Source: Hyaloraphidium curvatum SAG 235-1 (lineage: Eukaryota > Fungi > Monoblepharomycota). Taken from it: 64,000 nucleotides of DNA. Position 1 is the stretch's first letter. Each line of letters begins with the position of its first letter. The notes beneath the pieces were generated by a model, which was not told the DNA's origin, ran no database searches, and worked only from the letters and a program-made list of their open reading frames with translations. The DNA lies in assembly GCA_025558095.1 (NCBI GenBank), contig JAIVFI010000011.1:496001-560000 (forward strand), given 5' to 3'. Of this stretch, positions 17,805 through 28,882 are shown piece by piece. A program made the position numbers and the translations under genes.

Positions 17805-19460
17805 ATGGACCCCGTTCAAGAAGCCGCCCCTCAGCAGGAGGTTCAGCAGCCTCAGGAAGCTAACGATTTGCAGAACAACCCGCAGGCCCAGGCGATTATC
17901 CAAGCTGCGCAGGCCGCGATCCAGCAAGTCGGCGCCGCCGCCAACGACGTCGCCCAACTCGCCGCCCAGCAAGCCGCCCAGCAAGCCGTCGCCGATCAGC
18001 TTGCCGCTCAGCTCGTGGCGCAACAGACCGCTCAGCAGTTGCCAGCTGCCCAAGTTCAACAGCAAGCCGCCGCCGAGCAGCTTGCAGCGCAGCAGCTCCA
18101 GCAGCTCGCCGCACAGCAGCAGGGTCAGCGGAGCGAGCAAGCCCCGGCTGTCAACGCTGCCGCCGCTGGTCTCCAGCCGCAGCAGTTCGTCGACGCCGTA
18201 CGGGCCATCGTTGGCGCTCAGCCGCCGAACGATGGAAGCACCGGCCTCCCCCAGGCGGATCGCCAGGGCGGAGCCGCCAAGCTCCCGGCTCAGCTGCTGC
18301 CTGCTTCTGTTCAGCCCTTCGATCCCGCTACGCAGGACCCGGAAGACTTCTTCCGCGACCTCACTACGGTTCTCACGGCGTTCGGCTCCATCAACAACCT
18401 CGTCAAGGTCTTCCCGGTCTTCCTTGGGCCTCTGCCGCGCGCAATGTGGCACAACATCACGCCGCAGAACCGCCCTCCGGACTATCCCGCGACGGCCACC
18501 TATCCTCCGGTGACCCAGAACGATGTGCTTGCCTGGCTACGCTACCACTTCGAGCCCCGCGACGCATCGATGCATTATCGCCGGCACTACAACACGATTC
18601 AGATGACCAACGATGAGACCCTCGACGCCTTCGTTGCCCGCGTATCCCTGGCCGAGACGCGTTTCCTCTCGCACTGCGGCGATCAGCTTCCTACCAGGGA
18701 AGTGCAAGACAGCGTGTACGGCCAGAACCTGCTCTACGGACTGCGCCCGGAGCTACGCGGGAAGGCGCTGGAGCTCCTCGGGGATCACCTCATCAACCGC
18801 ACTTCCGTCACCAAGGTCATCGAGAAGATGCGCACCGTCATGCAAGCATCGGGCCCTGCGCAGCCGCGCGACATCCGTTTCCTGGGCCAGAACTCGATTT
18901 CGGAGATTCCGGCTCTGGTCGGCCAGCACTCGTCTTCGGGCTCCTCCAAGGCGACCGACAAGGCGACGACGGAAGTGCTGCTGGCTCATACGCAGGCTCT
19001 CACAAAGCTGCTGGAGCCTAAGGGAGAGCGCAGGCCCACCGGTGGACCGCCGGGGGAGTCTGCGTTCCGGCCTCCGCGCCGTTTCGTCCCCTTCCAGTCT
19101 CGTCGGAGCCAGCCGTTGCCGCCTTCGGGGCCGAACAGCGACCTCGTCGAGATCAAGGAGCTCATCACCAAGCTGCTGCCGTCGCCTCGCCATCAGGTTC
19201 AGGCCGCGGAGACCAGGTCGAACCCCCCCGCGAGGCCTCCTCCGATCGATCGGCCCCGCCAGCAGCAGGAGCGCCAGGATCGCCGGCCCTTCACCTCGGA
19301 GTACCGCGACCAGAAGCGCTTCCAGCCTCGCCACTGCCATCTCTGTGGCATGGATGGGCATGCTCAGGACGAGTGCTGGGAGTTGGAGAAGAATGCCAAC
19401 CGCCGCCCACTCAACTGGAAGTCTCGCCTCGGCAACACCCCTTCGATGCCAAAAAACTAG
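17805..19460 (+). CDS. gag: Gag, unit 2
   Basis: Same translation as unit 1. Confidence 0.9.
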   Translation: MDPVQEAAPQQEVQQPQEANDLQNNPQAQAIIQAAQAAIQQVGAAANDVAQLAAQQAAQQAVADQLAAQLVAQQTAQQLPAAQVQQQAAAEQLAAQQLQQLAAQQQGQRSEQAPAVNAAAAGLQPQQFVDAVRAIVGAQPPNDGSTGLPQADRQGGAAKLPAQLLPASVQPFDPATQDPEDFFRDLTTVLTAFGSINNLVKVFPVFLGPLPRAMWHNITPQNRPPDYPATATYPPVTQNDVLAWLRYHFEPRDASMHYRRHYNTIQMTNDETLDAFVARVSLAETRFLSHCGDQLPTREVQDSVYGQNLLYGLRPELRGKALELLGDHLINRTSVTKVIEKMRTVMQASGPAQPRDIRFLGQNSISEIPALVGQHSSSGSSKATDKATTEVLLAHTQALTKLLEPKGERRPTGGPPGESAFRPPRRFVPFQSRRSQPLPPSGPNSDLVEIKELITKLLPSPRHQVQAAETRSNPPARPPPIDRPRQQQERQDRRPFTSEYRDQKRFQPRHCHLCGMDGHAQDECWELEKNANRRPLNWKSRLGNTPSMPKN

Positions 19461-22400
19461 CTTTGCCCTCAGTGCCGCACGGCCATAGGGGGGCAGAGAT
19501 CCAAGCTCTTGAACCACATGTGGAACCTCTTCCTGGAACTTCCCCGCTGCCGGACGGCACGGACCCTTCATCTCCTGGCGGATCGCCGGAGTTGTCGGAT
19601 TCCGCGACCGATGAACCGACGGCGGAGGACCACGTTCATCATTGGCCCTTCGGGGGCACGGAGTACATCCTCTTCCTCGAGGCGGAGGCAGCTCGACAGG
19701 CCGCCGTTCGTCAGCAGCGGGAGGCGCTCATGCCGATCGACGAGACCCTGGCCCCGCCGCCGGCAGCGGATTCGGCGTCGCCCGGCTCGGTCGAGGTCGT
19801 GGGAAACGGTGAACCGGCGGCACAGGATGCGGACGCGGGATCAGCGGATGCACCTATGCACGAGGGCCCGACCGTCCGCGCCGTTCCCGGACCTTTCGAA
19901 AGGCCCCCTCCTCCTTCCGCCTACGCACGACCACCGCTGCCTGGCCCTCGGCCTCGCCCGCGGCCACCTGCTCCGGTCGCCCCTCCGCCGGATCGCTGGA
20001 CGTGGACTTCGCAAGTGCAGTTCCACTATCAGGCGGCACGCGTTTCGGCATGGGTCAACGGCGTGAATACCCCCGCGGCCCTCGTCGACTCCGGTGCCTC
20101 AGTGGTGGCGGTTCGGTCGTCCTTCTTCTGCCGGATCCACCCGTCGCCACCGATCAAACCATGGACACTCGGCACCCTCAGCACGGCCGCGGCCGGCGGA
20201 ACCATGTGGGTCCGCGGAGTTGCTAAGATGGACATCCTGGTCGGGAATCAACACTGCGTCATGGACGTCGCCATCATGGACGGTCTCATGGACGACGTGA
20301 TCCTCGGCACCCCTTGGCTCTCCGCCCTACGCGTTCAGATGGACTGGGAGACGCCGGTCCTCTATTTCAAGGACGATCCGGAGGGGGTCGTCGTGCCAAT
20401 GCACATTGTTGCGCGACCGCTCTTCGGATCACACCTGGTCGCCCCGCTCCATTCAACCACCTCCATCACGGTCTACCCCAACGAGGACGTCTCGATCACC
20501 GCTGAGCTGGCCCCGACGACTCCCTTGGCGACCGTCGTGGAGATGGACTTGACAGGGGTCATCGAGACGCCGAACACTTCGCCGTTCGATCGCCTCTTCA
20601 TCATCCCGTCGGCGACGCCCGACAGAGACGGTCGGCTGCCGATTCTCATCCGCAACTACGGGACGACACCGGTCACGATCGGCCCGGGCACCCACCTCGG
20701 CCGCTTCCGCGTGCGGATTCCTGGATTTCTCGCTCCGGAACCGCCCACGTATCTGGCTCCCGCGCAGATCTCGATGCTGGAGCCCGAGCTGCCCCACACC
20801 GAACCGGCCGAATCCACGCTCACGGTCGAGGAGACCATCGATCTGTTCGCGGTGCCCTCGCCGGGATCGATTGGACCACCTCAGCCTCCCGGCGTGGAGC
20901 CTCCTCCGGTCGAGGCTATCGAGCTCAAGATGGACCAAACGATCCTGAGCGAGGGGGACAAACCTCGTTTCCATAAGCTCTGCGACCGCTACCGGGACGT
21001 GTTTGGTCCTTGGATCGGCAAGCTGCGCAACCATCGCTTCCGGATCGACACGGGCGACCTCAAGCCGATCCACCAGATGCCGTACCGGACCCCGTTCCGG
21101 CTTCGCGGGGAAATGGACAAGATCATCGACGACCTGCTCGTGCAGGGCGTAGTCGTCCCCTCGCGAAGCCCCTGGGCCACGCCCTGCATCATGGTGCCAA
21201 AAGGGCACGGCTCGGGCGAATGGCGCCTGGTGATCGATTACCGGAAGCTCAACGCCGCCACCAAGCGCGACGTCTACCCGATGAAGAACCCAAGCGACAC
21301 TCTCGCTCTCCTCAGCGCGGCCAAGGTGTGGAGCGTTTGCGACATCCGCTCCGGCTTTTGGCACGTGGAGGTGGCCGACGAGGACAAGGAAAAGACGGCC
21401 TTCACGACGCACCGCGGTCTCTACCAGTGGGAGCGGATGGCCATGGGCTTTACCAACGCTCCTGCAACCTTTGCTCGGATCATGGACGAGCTCCTCGCCG
21501 GCCTCCAGTGGTACTGCTTGGTGGTCTTCATCGACGACATCATTATCTTCTCGCAGACGGTCGACGAGCACCTCGTGCACCTGGAGCTCCTCTTTGACCG
21601 ACTGCGCGAGGCCGGGATGACTCTGAAGCTGGCCAAATGCAAGTTCTTCCGCCGCGAGGTCAAATACCTCGGGCATTACGTCACCGCCGACGGCCTCAAG
21701 GTCGACCCCGAGAAGACCCGCGCGGTGGACCAGTTCCCCCGCCCAACGACCAAGAAGGAGCTCCAATCGTTTCTCGGCCTCTCCAACTACTATCGCCCCT
21801 TCATTGCCGGCTACGCCAACATTGCCAGCCCGCTCACCCGCCTGACGCAGGACGGCGTCTCGGTCTCTCGGGCCTGGGACGACGCATGCGAGGCCGCCTT
21901 CCGTATGCTAAAGGAACGGCTTACGTCGGCGCCCGTGCTCCGTCGCCCCGACTTTTCCAAGCGCTTCGTCTTGTTCACGGATGCCAGCGATATCGGCCTC
22001 GGCGCGGTGCTCAGCCAGCGGGACTCCGATGGCAAGGAGTACGTCATCGCCTACGCCAGCCGCGCTCTGCAGCCGAACGAGCGCAAGTGGGACACTCGGG
22101 AGCGCGAAGCCCTGGCCGTTGTTTGGGCATGCGAGCATTTCCGGGCGTATTTGATCGGGGACGAGTTTGAGGTGGTCACCGACCATAGCGCCCTCAAATG
22201 GCTCTTGGAGACCTCCAAGCCGGGCCGCCTACAGCGCTGGATCCTCCGGCTCTCGGACTTCAGGTTCCAGATCATCCATCGCTCGGGCAAAGCGAACTCC
22301 AACGCCGACTTCCTGTCTCGTCAGCTCGTGGCGCCGTCGCCCGACGAGGACGTGCCTATGGGCGACCCCGAGGAAATCTTGGACATCCCTGCCTTTTGGC

Positions 22401-23692
22401 CCCCAAACCCTCCCGACCCCTTGCCTTTTTCTTCTTTTTCTGGGGGGGGACGGGCGCCCGGATTCCTCTCCGGGAGTGATCTCGGTCAGACTTCCCGTTC
22501 TTCGTCAACCCCAGTCACCGAGTCAGACTCGGGACGAGCTACTGCGGGTTCCTCAGTCAATTGTGAATCAATGGAGCGAGTGCTGTCTGGCACGGAGTTC
22601 CCGGCCACGGTTGCCGCAGTGGAGGGAACCCTGTGGAGCGATCCGGGGACCCTGCCCGAGGCTGCGGCACCGGAGACGCAGATCCTCCTGCCGATCCCAA
22701 CGACGAACGCACAGGTCGACCCGGCAGACGTGCCTGAGCGAGACCTGGCGTTCCTTCATCCGGCACTGCTTGAGGTGCTACCCGATGTCGGGGGCATCAG
22801 TGCTATTGACCTTGCCGACGTCAGATCCCGGGATGCCCTGCGCAAAGTGCAAGAAGCCGACGTCGAGACCAGCGCGCTGATCCGCTTCGTACGAGACGGG
22901 GAGCTCCCTCCCAACGTGAATCTGGCCAAATTCTGCAAGAAGTACGGCGAGCAGTACTTCCTCGCTACGGACGGCGTGCTCTGCCGGCGCGATGTACTCG
23001 CGACTGGTACCCGTCGTATCCCGGTCACCCAGCTCGTGATACCGCACGAGCTGAGGGAGGCCTACCTGCAACGTGCGCACGACGATCCCCTGAGCGGGCA
23101 CGTCGGGCGACACCGGGCGTACAGCAATCTGCGGCGCCGCGTATATTGGGTCGGCATGGCGCACGACGTTCGCCGCTGGACGCGAGCCTGCCTTACATGC
23201 ATGACCCGGAAGATGCCTTCGGTATCGAACCAGGGCTTACTGAAATCGGTTCCTCTCACAGGTCCCAACGAGGACATCTACATCGACTACATCGGCGAGA
23301 TCAATCCAGCCTCTTCGGCCAGCGGCAACATCCCGCGCATGGCGGCCAGACGCACCAGTTGCAGGAAGCAGTCGACCACGTCGTCCTCCTGGCGCGGCGC
23401 TGAGCTCCCGTTCGAGGACCACGCCGCTACGCTCTTACCTTGGTGCACAGCAGGACGTCGAAGGTCGGCACCGAACCTCGAACCACGAACTCGGCGGGAC
23501 GACGTTCGGCAGCTCCGCACTCATGACAGGCGCGGAGATCCCCCCAGCTCTTCTGGACCCTACGTCGCGATCCCCCGCGAGCGCTTTCGTCGACGCAATG
23601 GCGTACGGCCCTCGCTCGCGCCCCGTCCCCCGTGGCGGGGACTGGTGACCCGGTGTGCGGGCGAACTCGCGGTCGACTCGACTCGCAGTTGA
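19451..23692 (+). CDS. pol: Pol, unit 2 (1-bp deletion near 23470 alters the non-homologous tail)
   Basis: GGTCGGCACCG here versus GGTCGGCAACCG in units 1 and 3. Confidence 0.9.
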   Translation, partial: KKLALPSVPHGHRGAEIQALEPHVEPLPGTSPLPDGTDPSSPGGSPELSDSATDEPTAEDHVHHWPFGGTEYILFLEAEAARQAAVRQQREALMPIDETLAPPPAADSASPGSVEVVGNGEPAAQDADAGSADAPMHEGPTVRAVPGPFERPPPPSAYARPPLPGPRPRPRPPAPVAPPPDRWTWTSQVQFHYQAARVSAWVNGVNTPAALVDSGASVVAVRSSFFCRIHPSPPIKPWTLGTLSTAAAGGTMWVRGVAKMDILVGNQHCVMDVAIMDGLMDDVILGTPWLSALRVQMDWETPVLYFKDDPEGVVVPMHIVARPLFGSHLVAPLHSTTSITVYPNEDVSITAELAPTTPLATVVEMDLTGVIETPNTSPFDRLFIIPSATPDRDGRLPILIRNYGTTPVTIGPGTHLGRFRVRIPGFLAPEPPTYLAPAQISMLEPELPHTEPAESTLTVEETIDLFAVPSPGSIGPPQPPGVEPPPVEAIELKMDQTILSEGDKPRFHKLCDRYRDVFGPWIGKLRNHRFRIDTGDLKPIHQMPYRTPFRLRGEMDKIIDDLLVQGVVVPSRSPWATPCIMVPKGHGSGEWRLVIDYRKLNAATKRDVYPMKNPSDTLALLSAAKVWSVCDIRSGFWHVEVADEDKEKTAFTTHRGLYQWERMAMGFTNAPATFARIMDELLAGLQWYCLVVFIDDIIIFSQTVDEHLVHLELLFDRLREAGMTLKLAKCKFFRREVKYLGHYVTADGLKVDPEKTRAVDQFPRPTTKKELQSFLGLSNYYRPFIAGYANIASPLTRLTQDGVSVSRAWDDACEAAFRMLKERLTSAPVLRRPDFSKRFVLFTDASDIGLGAVLSQRDSDGKEYVIAYASRALQPNERKWDTREREALAVVWACEHFRAYLIGDEFEVVTDHSALKWLLETSKPGRLQRWILRLSDFRFQIIHRSGKANSNADFLSRQLVAPSPDEDVPMGDPEEILDIPAFWPPNPPDPLPFSSFSGGGRAPGFLSGSDLGQTSRSSSTPVTESDSGRATAGSSVNCESMERVLSGTEFPATVAAVEGTLWSDPGTLPEAAAPETQILLPIPTTNAQVDPADVPERDLAFLHPALLEVLPDVGGISAIDLADVRSRDALRKVQEADVETSALIRFVRDGELPPNVNLAKFCKKYGEQYFLATDGVLCRRDVLATGTRRIPVTQLVIPHELREAYLQRAHDDPLSGHVGRHRAYSNLRRRVYWVGMAHDVRRWTRACLTCMTRKMPSVSNQGLLKSVPLTGPNEDIYIDYIGEINPASSASGNIPRMAARRTSCRKQSTTSSSWRGAELPFEDHAATLLPWCTAGRRRSAPNLEPRTRRDDVRQLRTHDRRGDPPSSSGPYVAIPRERFRRRNGVRPSLAPRPPWRGLVTRCAGELAVDSTRS

Positions 23693-23892
23693 CTCGCGGT
23701 TGACTCGCGGTTGGCTCGCGGTTGACTCGCAAGTGACTCGCGAGTCACTCGCGAGTCGCTCGCAAGTCACTCGCGAGCGACTTGCGATGCACTCGCGAGT
23801 TGCCTGCGCTTCGCACCATATAAGCGGCGGACCACAGGAGGCCGCGGCCGCGGACTACGCACCCAACGTCGACCTCGCCGCTACCGTCTCCC

Positions 23893-25158
23893 ATGGCGAC
23901 CCCCACGACTGCCGGCCACAACCTGCGGCCCCGCCGGCCGCATGTGGCCACGGCGCCGCCGCCGGCGACTGCGCCCGTCGCTGCGTTGCCTGGCGTCGTA
24001 CCCCCGGACTATCGGTCGGCGCTTGCCTCCCTCTCGACCCGGCTGGACGACCTCCGGGCCGACCTCGACGTCAGACACTCCCAGACGACGGCCCACTTGC
24101 ACAAGGTCGAGCAGGCCGCCTTCTCCGCGGTCATGCCCATCCGCGCAGCCCTCGACGCACTCCACCCGGTGCTCAACACCCTCGTCAATGTCGGCAACCT
24201 GGAGCAGCACGCTCTTGACCGCGTAACGGCGACGCTCGAGCAGCAAGAGGCCCGCCTGGACGCCCAGATCCGCCAGCAGCGTGACGAGCTCCAGGTGGTC
24301 CTCAGTGGCCGCCACCGCGAACTTGAGTTCGCCGTCACCGCCTTGCGCCGGACCGACGACGCTCGTCTCGGTGCCATCGAGACGCAGCTCGACCGGCTTG
24401 CGTTGGTGCTCGAGGCTCAACGTCAGAACTTCAACGGCATTCTCCTGGTGGACGAAGCTACCATCGAGGAGTTGAGGGAGTTCGGCTCTTCCCTCGCCGG
24501 GCTGGTTGCTCAGACCGGGACCAACCTCGAAACCACCATCGAGACCGTCGTCGAGACCAATCTCGCCCGTCACAACAATGGCCCCATGGCGGAGTTTGCG
24601 GCCGACCTCAAGAGCGTCCTGGCGGCCCATCTGCAGCGATTTGGGTCGGAGCAGCACAAGCAGCTCATGCTTTCAGCTCAAGACCACACCACGCTCCTCA
24701 CGGCCGGCCTGAACGCGCAGCGCGAGCACTTCACCAAGACCGCCGACGAGCAACGGGCCCTCCTGCGTCGCTTCCTCGGCAATCAAGTGGCTCCCCTGGC
24801 GGGGCAAACGACGCCCGCCGTGGTCACCTCCACGCCGGTCGGCCGCGTCAAGGACGAGGACCTCGTCACCTCCGACGATGAGGCTGGGGATATGCAACCT
24901 CCAGCTCCTCGCCCCGAGAGCGTGTCCAGCAGCGACGCCTCCTCCATCGTCTCGCAGGACGACGGCCTCTTGGCCGCCCTGTACGACGACATCCCGGCCG
25001 CTCCCTACAAGTCGACCATGCCCCCGGTCTACACCCCCTCGGCCGCGGACGGCTCAGCCGTGCATGCCGCCTTCGCTCTCGGCTTTACCCGCCGGCTCCG
25101 CGCCCCGCCGCCGAGCGACGACGAGGCGGACGCCGACGTCGACTTTGAGGACGCCTAA
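23893..25158 (+). CDS. Accessory ORF3, unit 2
   Basis: Same translation as 12815-14080. Confidence 0.8.
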   Translation: MATPTTAGHNLRPRRPHVATAPPPATAPVAALPGVVPPDYRSALASLSTRLDDLRADLDVRHSQTTAHLHKVEQAAFSAVMPIRAALDALHPVLNTLVNVGNLEQHALDRVTATLEQQEARLDAQIRQQRDELQVVLSGRHRELEFAVTALRRTDDARLGAIETQLDRLALVLEAQRQNFNGILLVDEATIEELREFGSSLAGLVAQTGTNLETTIETVVETNLARHNNGPMAEFAADLKSVLAAHLQRFGSEQHKQLMLSAQDHTTLLTAGLNAQREHFTKTADEQRALLRRFLGNQVAPLAGQTTPAVVTSTPVGRVKDEDLVTSDDEAGDMQPPAPRPESVSSSDASSIVSQDDGLLAALYDDIPAAPYKSTMPPVYTPSAADGSAVHAAFALGFTRRLRAPPPSDDEADADVDFEDA

Positions 25159-25300
25159 GCCACCCTTCGGCCCTACACTCTCCAACATCTGTTGTCTCCA
25201 CCTCGGCCTTCAACATCTTCTACTGCAAGCATGACGTCACTCCGCGGAGGATCTTCGATTTCGTGGCGCCGAGGGCGGCGCCTTCTTTTGGGTGGGGGCG

Positions 25301-25776
25301 TGCGAAGGTACAGGACGTCTGACATTCGGACAAGGGTATTTTCATTTTCGGTTCGGAGGCGTGGAGGCGTCGGTCCTCGCGATCGACTCGTGATCGACTC
25401 GCGATCGACTCGCGAGTGACTCGCGAGTCACTCGCGAGCGACTCGCGAGCGACTCGCAAGTGACTCGGCACAGCCACCCTCCTGGGATATATAAAGAGCG
25501 GGACATGTAACAGTACAATCTTGATCGCCAGTTGACTCTACGTGCTCTCCGTGTCGTTCGACCACCGTGCGGAACCCCGCCCGGCCGGATCCTCGTTCTG
25601 AGAGCCCTTGGGACGCACCCCGGGAGACATCCCGTAACCTCTTTCCCCCGGCTACAGTCAAGTATCTTCAGCGCTGTTCGCTTATTCATATTCAGGGCCT
25701 ATCCGACCCGAAGAGCCGAGCGGGATTCGCGCGCCGGGTTAGAGCTTCAGGCCCGGTTCCGACCCGGACCGTCGCA
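25301..25776 (+). repeat. 3' LTR (A type), unit 2
   Basis: Copy of 14223-14698. Confidence 0.95.
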
Positions 25777-27054
25777 ATCCGACGCAAGAGAGTTGACTCC
25801 GTGCACTTCATCCTCAGACACAGCATCAGGGTTAGAACCTCCGGAAAGGGAGATCACAGCAAGGGCAGACGTGGTCAGCAGCTGGAGAGCTGGCAATCCT
25901 TCTGCCGCCAAAGTTAAGGTAGCCAGAGCTGTTCGTACAAGCCCATAGAAGCCATGCCCATTACTCTCTGAGATACTTCCCGTACCTTGATGTCGTGCTG
26001 GTTGCCCATATTCCCTGCGCCTGCGCTTTGGTGGGGCACCGGCATCGTCTCCACCATCAGGTTCTGGCTCCGATGGGGCCTCCATTGATCCGGCTGATCC
26101 CAATCCCAAATTGCTTTTGGGGCTTACCGTGCACTTCAAAACCAATCGTGTTGGGGCAGCAAACACAAAATCGAAGGATCCAACAGGCATGATGCCCAAA
26201 TGAGACACTTGGAAAAAGCACATATTTCCAAACGGTTTGCAGGGGTCCGGTGAGACATCAAGAAGAGCAGTGGCCCTTGGTGTGCAATGTAGTTGCACCG
26301 TATAGTCCCCTTCCACGAGTTCACGAAGATCTAGCTGCCCAGGTACAGGTGCAAAGCATTGCAACGCTTTCAGTTGCAAGCGCACTGCGCTATCATTGGA
26401 AAACTTAAGGCAAACCAGCTCCGTCTCCGTTTGCTCGTAATCATGAAGTACGGACAAAGAATCAATGCCGAAACCAGGACAGGCACTGATGTCCAGAACT
26501 GGACCACTCCAGAGTTTATAGGTCAGAGAAGGCTCCTTTGCCCCTTGACCAGACATTGATGTGGCCGATGATGCTAAGCTGGAATCAGTCCTTGGACGAG
26601 ACATTGATCCGTGCGATGTTGCTATGCTGGATTCAGTCGGCGCAGTTTTCACAGGAATAGTGCAAGACGTTCTGTGCAGTTCCTCCCGTAGAGTCTCGCG
26701 TCGTTCTTCATCCTTTCAGTCACTAACAAAGCATGTCAGAATGAACACGTGTTCAGAACACGCGAAACGGGGTCGATTACCCAAGATGGAGCTGTAGTGT
26801 CGGTCTGGAAATCAGCATTCTCAAGCTCCACCACGAAGTTGTCTTCAGAGTTTCCGGGGGCCGAGTCAGTGCCCGCGCTCGGCGTCCTGCTCATCGAGGG
26901 AACGAGAAGAGGGTTTTCGGCCGAAGGAGAGCTGCCGGCGGAAACCGATTGGCATGAAACGGGGAAGATGTCACTCTCCTCTTGCGTCGTTCACCCGCAC
27001 CTTCCTCCCCGCTCAGAACGACCAAGAGGTCCCTCTCCATCGTCATCCGACATG

Positions 27055-28715
27055 TGCGAAGGTACAGGACGTCTGACATTCGGACAAGGGTATTTTCATT
27101 TTCGGTTCGGAGGCGTGGAGGCGTCGGTCCTCGCGATCGATTCGTGATCGACTCGTGATCGACTCGCGATCGACTCGCGATCGACTCGCGATCGACTCGC
27201 GATCGACTCGCGATCGACTCGCAAGTGACTCGGCACAGCCACCCTCCTGGGATATATAAAGAGCGGGACATGTAACAGTACAATCTTGATCGCCAGTTGA
27301 CTCTACGTGCTCTCCGTGTCGTTCGACCACCGTGCGGAACCCCGCCCGGCCGGATCCTCGTTCTGAGAGCCCTTGGGACGCACCCCGCCTTTGAGCGTGT
27401 CGAGGATGACACGGCCGCAGCGTACGCCGAGGCTGCGCGTGCTGGGCAACCGGTGGGCGCCGCGCCCGCCCGCCGTACGCTCCCTGCGGACGCCAGTTTC
27501 TTCGCCCAGCCGGTTTGGCACGGCCTGCAGAGCGACCTTACGCGTCTCGAGGACCAGCGCCGCCTCGCGGCTCTGATTGCCTTGCAACCCACCACTTCCG
27601 CTGGTCTGGAGCGCCGCAAGCGGCTCGTCCAGGCGCAGGACGGCCTGTCGGCTTTCCTGACTGCCTCTCCCGCGCTGCTTGCCAACCACATTCGCAACAA
27701 CTTTTTCCGCTTACTTGTACGCTTCCGGCTTTGCCTCCCGCTCCTGCACGAGGCCGACTACCCTGGTCTTTCCTTGCCCTGCCGGCGGGGCTGCAAGCGA
27801 TCGGCCATGTCGCTGACGGGGGAGCACGCGTTCTCGGGCTGCTATGGCCGGGATCTCTTCAGTCCTGGTCACGACGACATTTGCGCGGCCATCCGCGCGG
27901 CGCTTCGCTCCATCCCGCTCCTCCGCGTGCACCCCATGCCGCCAAACCTCCTTGCGCATGGCTACGAGACTGTCACCCCGCCCACGCCTGCGGATGCTGG
28001 CCGCCTTGGCGACGTTCTCATCACGCACCGCGAAACCCGGAAACGGTGGTTGCTCGAGATCAAGACCCTCACCTCTATGGCCCATTTGCACACGGGCCTG
28101 GTCTTCTCGGTCCCGGGCCACGCAGTCGAACGGCGGGTCGAGGCCGCCAGGAAGGACTACTCCCGTTTCGTCTTCAACGCCAACTTCTACCCTCTGATCG
28201 TGCTTGCTTTTGATTCGTACAGCGCTGTCTCTGCCACTTTCTCGCGCTTCTCCTCGGAGATGGGGCGCATCCAGTATCCCGGGATCGTCGGCCGCGATGG
28301 GCAGCCCGTGGACCTCGATGGCCTTTACTCTCGTTTTGTGCGGCGCTTCCGCGAACGGATCGCGGTGGCCTGGGCTCTTGGCGTCGCGGCCCAACTCCAA
28401 CACTGGCTTCAGCTGTGCACCGAAGCCGCCGCTGTCAACGCTCCGGCCCCCGCGCCGGTCGCATTTGGTTTGAATGTAGATGAGGAGCTGATTCTTGGGG
28501 CGTAGGGGGATTTCTAAGTGTACGGTGGGATTGCTAGCTCCTCATTACATGACGCACCCCGGGAGACATCCCGTAACCTCTTTCCCCCGGCTACAGTCAA
28601 GTATCTTCAGCGCTGTTCGCTTATTCATATTCAGGGCCTATCCGACCCGAAGAGCCGAGCGGGATTCGCGCGCCGGGTTAGAGCTTCAGGCCCAGTTCCG
28701 ACCCGGACCGTCGCA
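27055..28715 (+). repeat. B-type LTR with non-LTR insert, copy 2
   Basis: Copy of 15977-17637. Confidence 0.93.
27388..28550 (+). mobile_element. 5'-truncated RLE non-LTR retrotransposon, copy 2
   Basis: Same junctions and TSD as 16310-17472. Confidence 0.85.
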
Positions 28716-28882
28716 CTGGTCCGACCTCCGTGATCCTGCTCTCGGGTCTTCGACACCTCGTTCGACTTCAGTTTCGACTTCGATAATCCAAAAACAACTT
28801 CGCCTGGCACCGGCGCTTGTCGACTGCCACTCTTTTCTGTCAACCGTATTCCGTCAACCAAGTTCATTCCCCTTCGCCAAAC

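Noticed and set aside
23461-23692. Longer unit-2 Pol (1439 aa) as a distinct functional variant
   Set aside because: Caused by a 1-bp deletion in the non-homologous tail after the integrase break; could be a consensus error.
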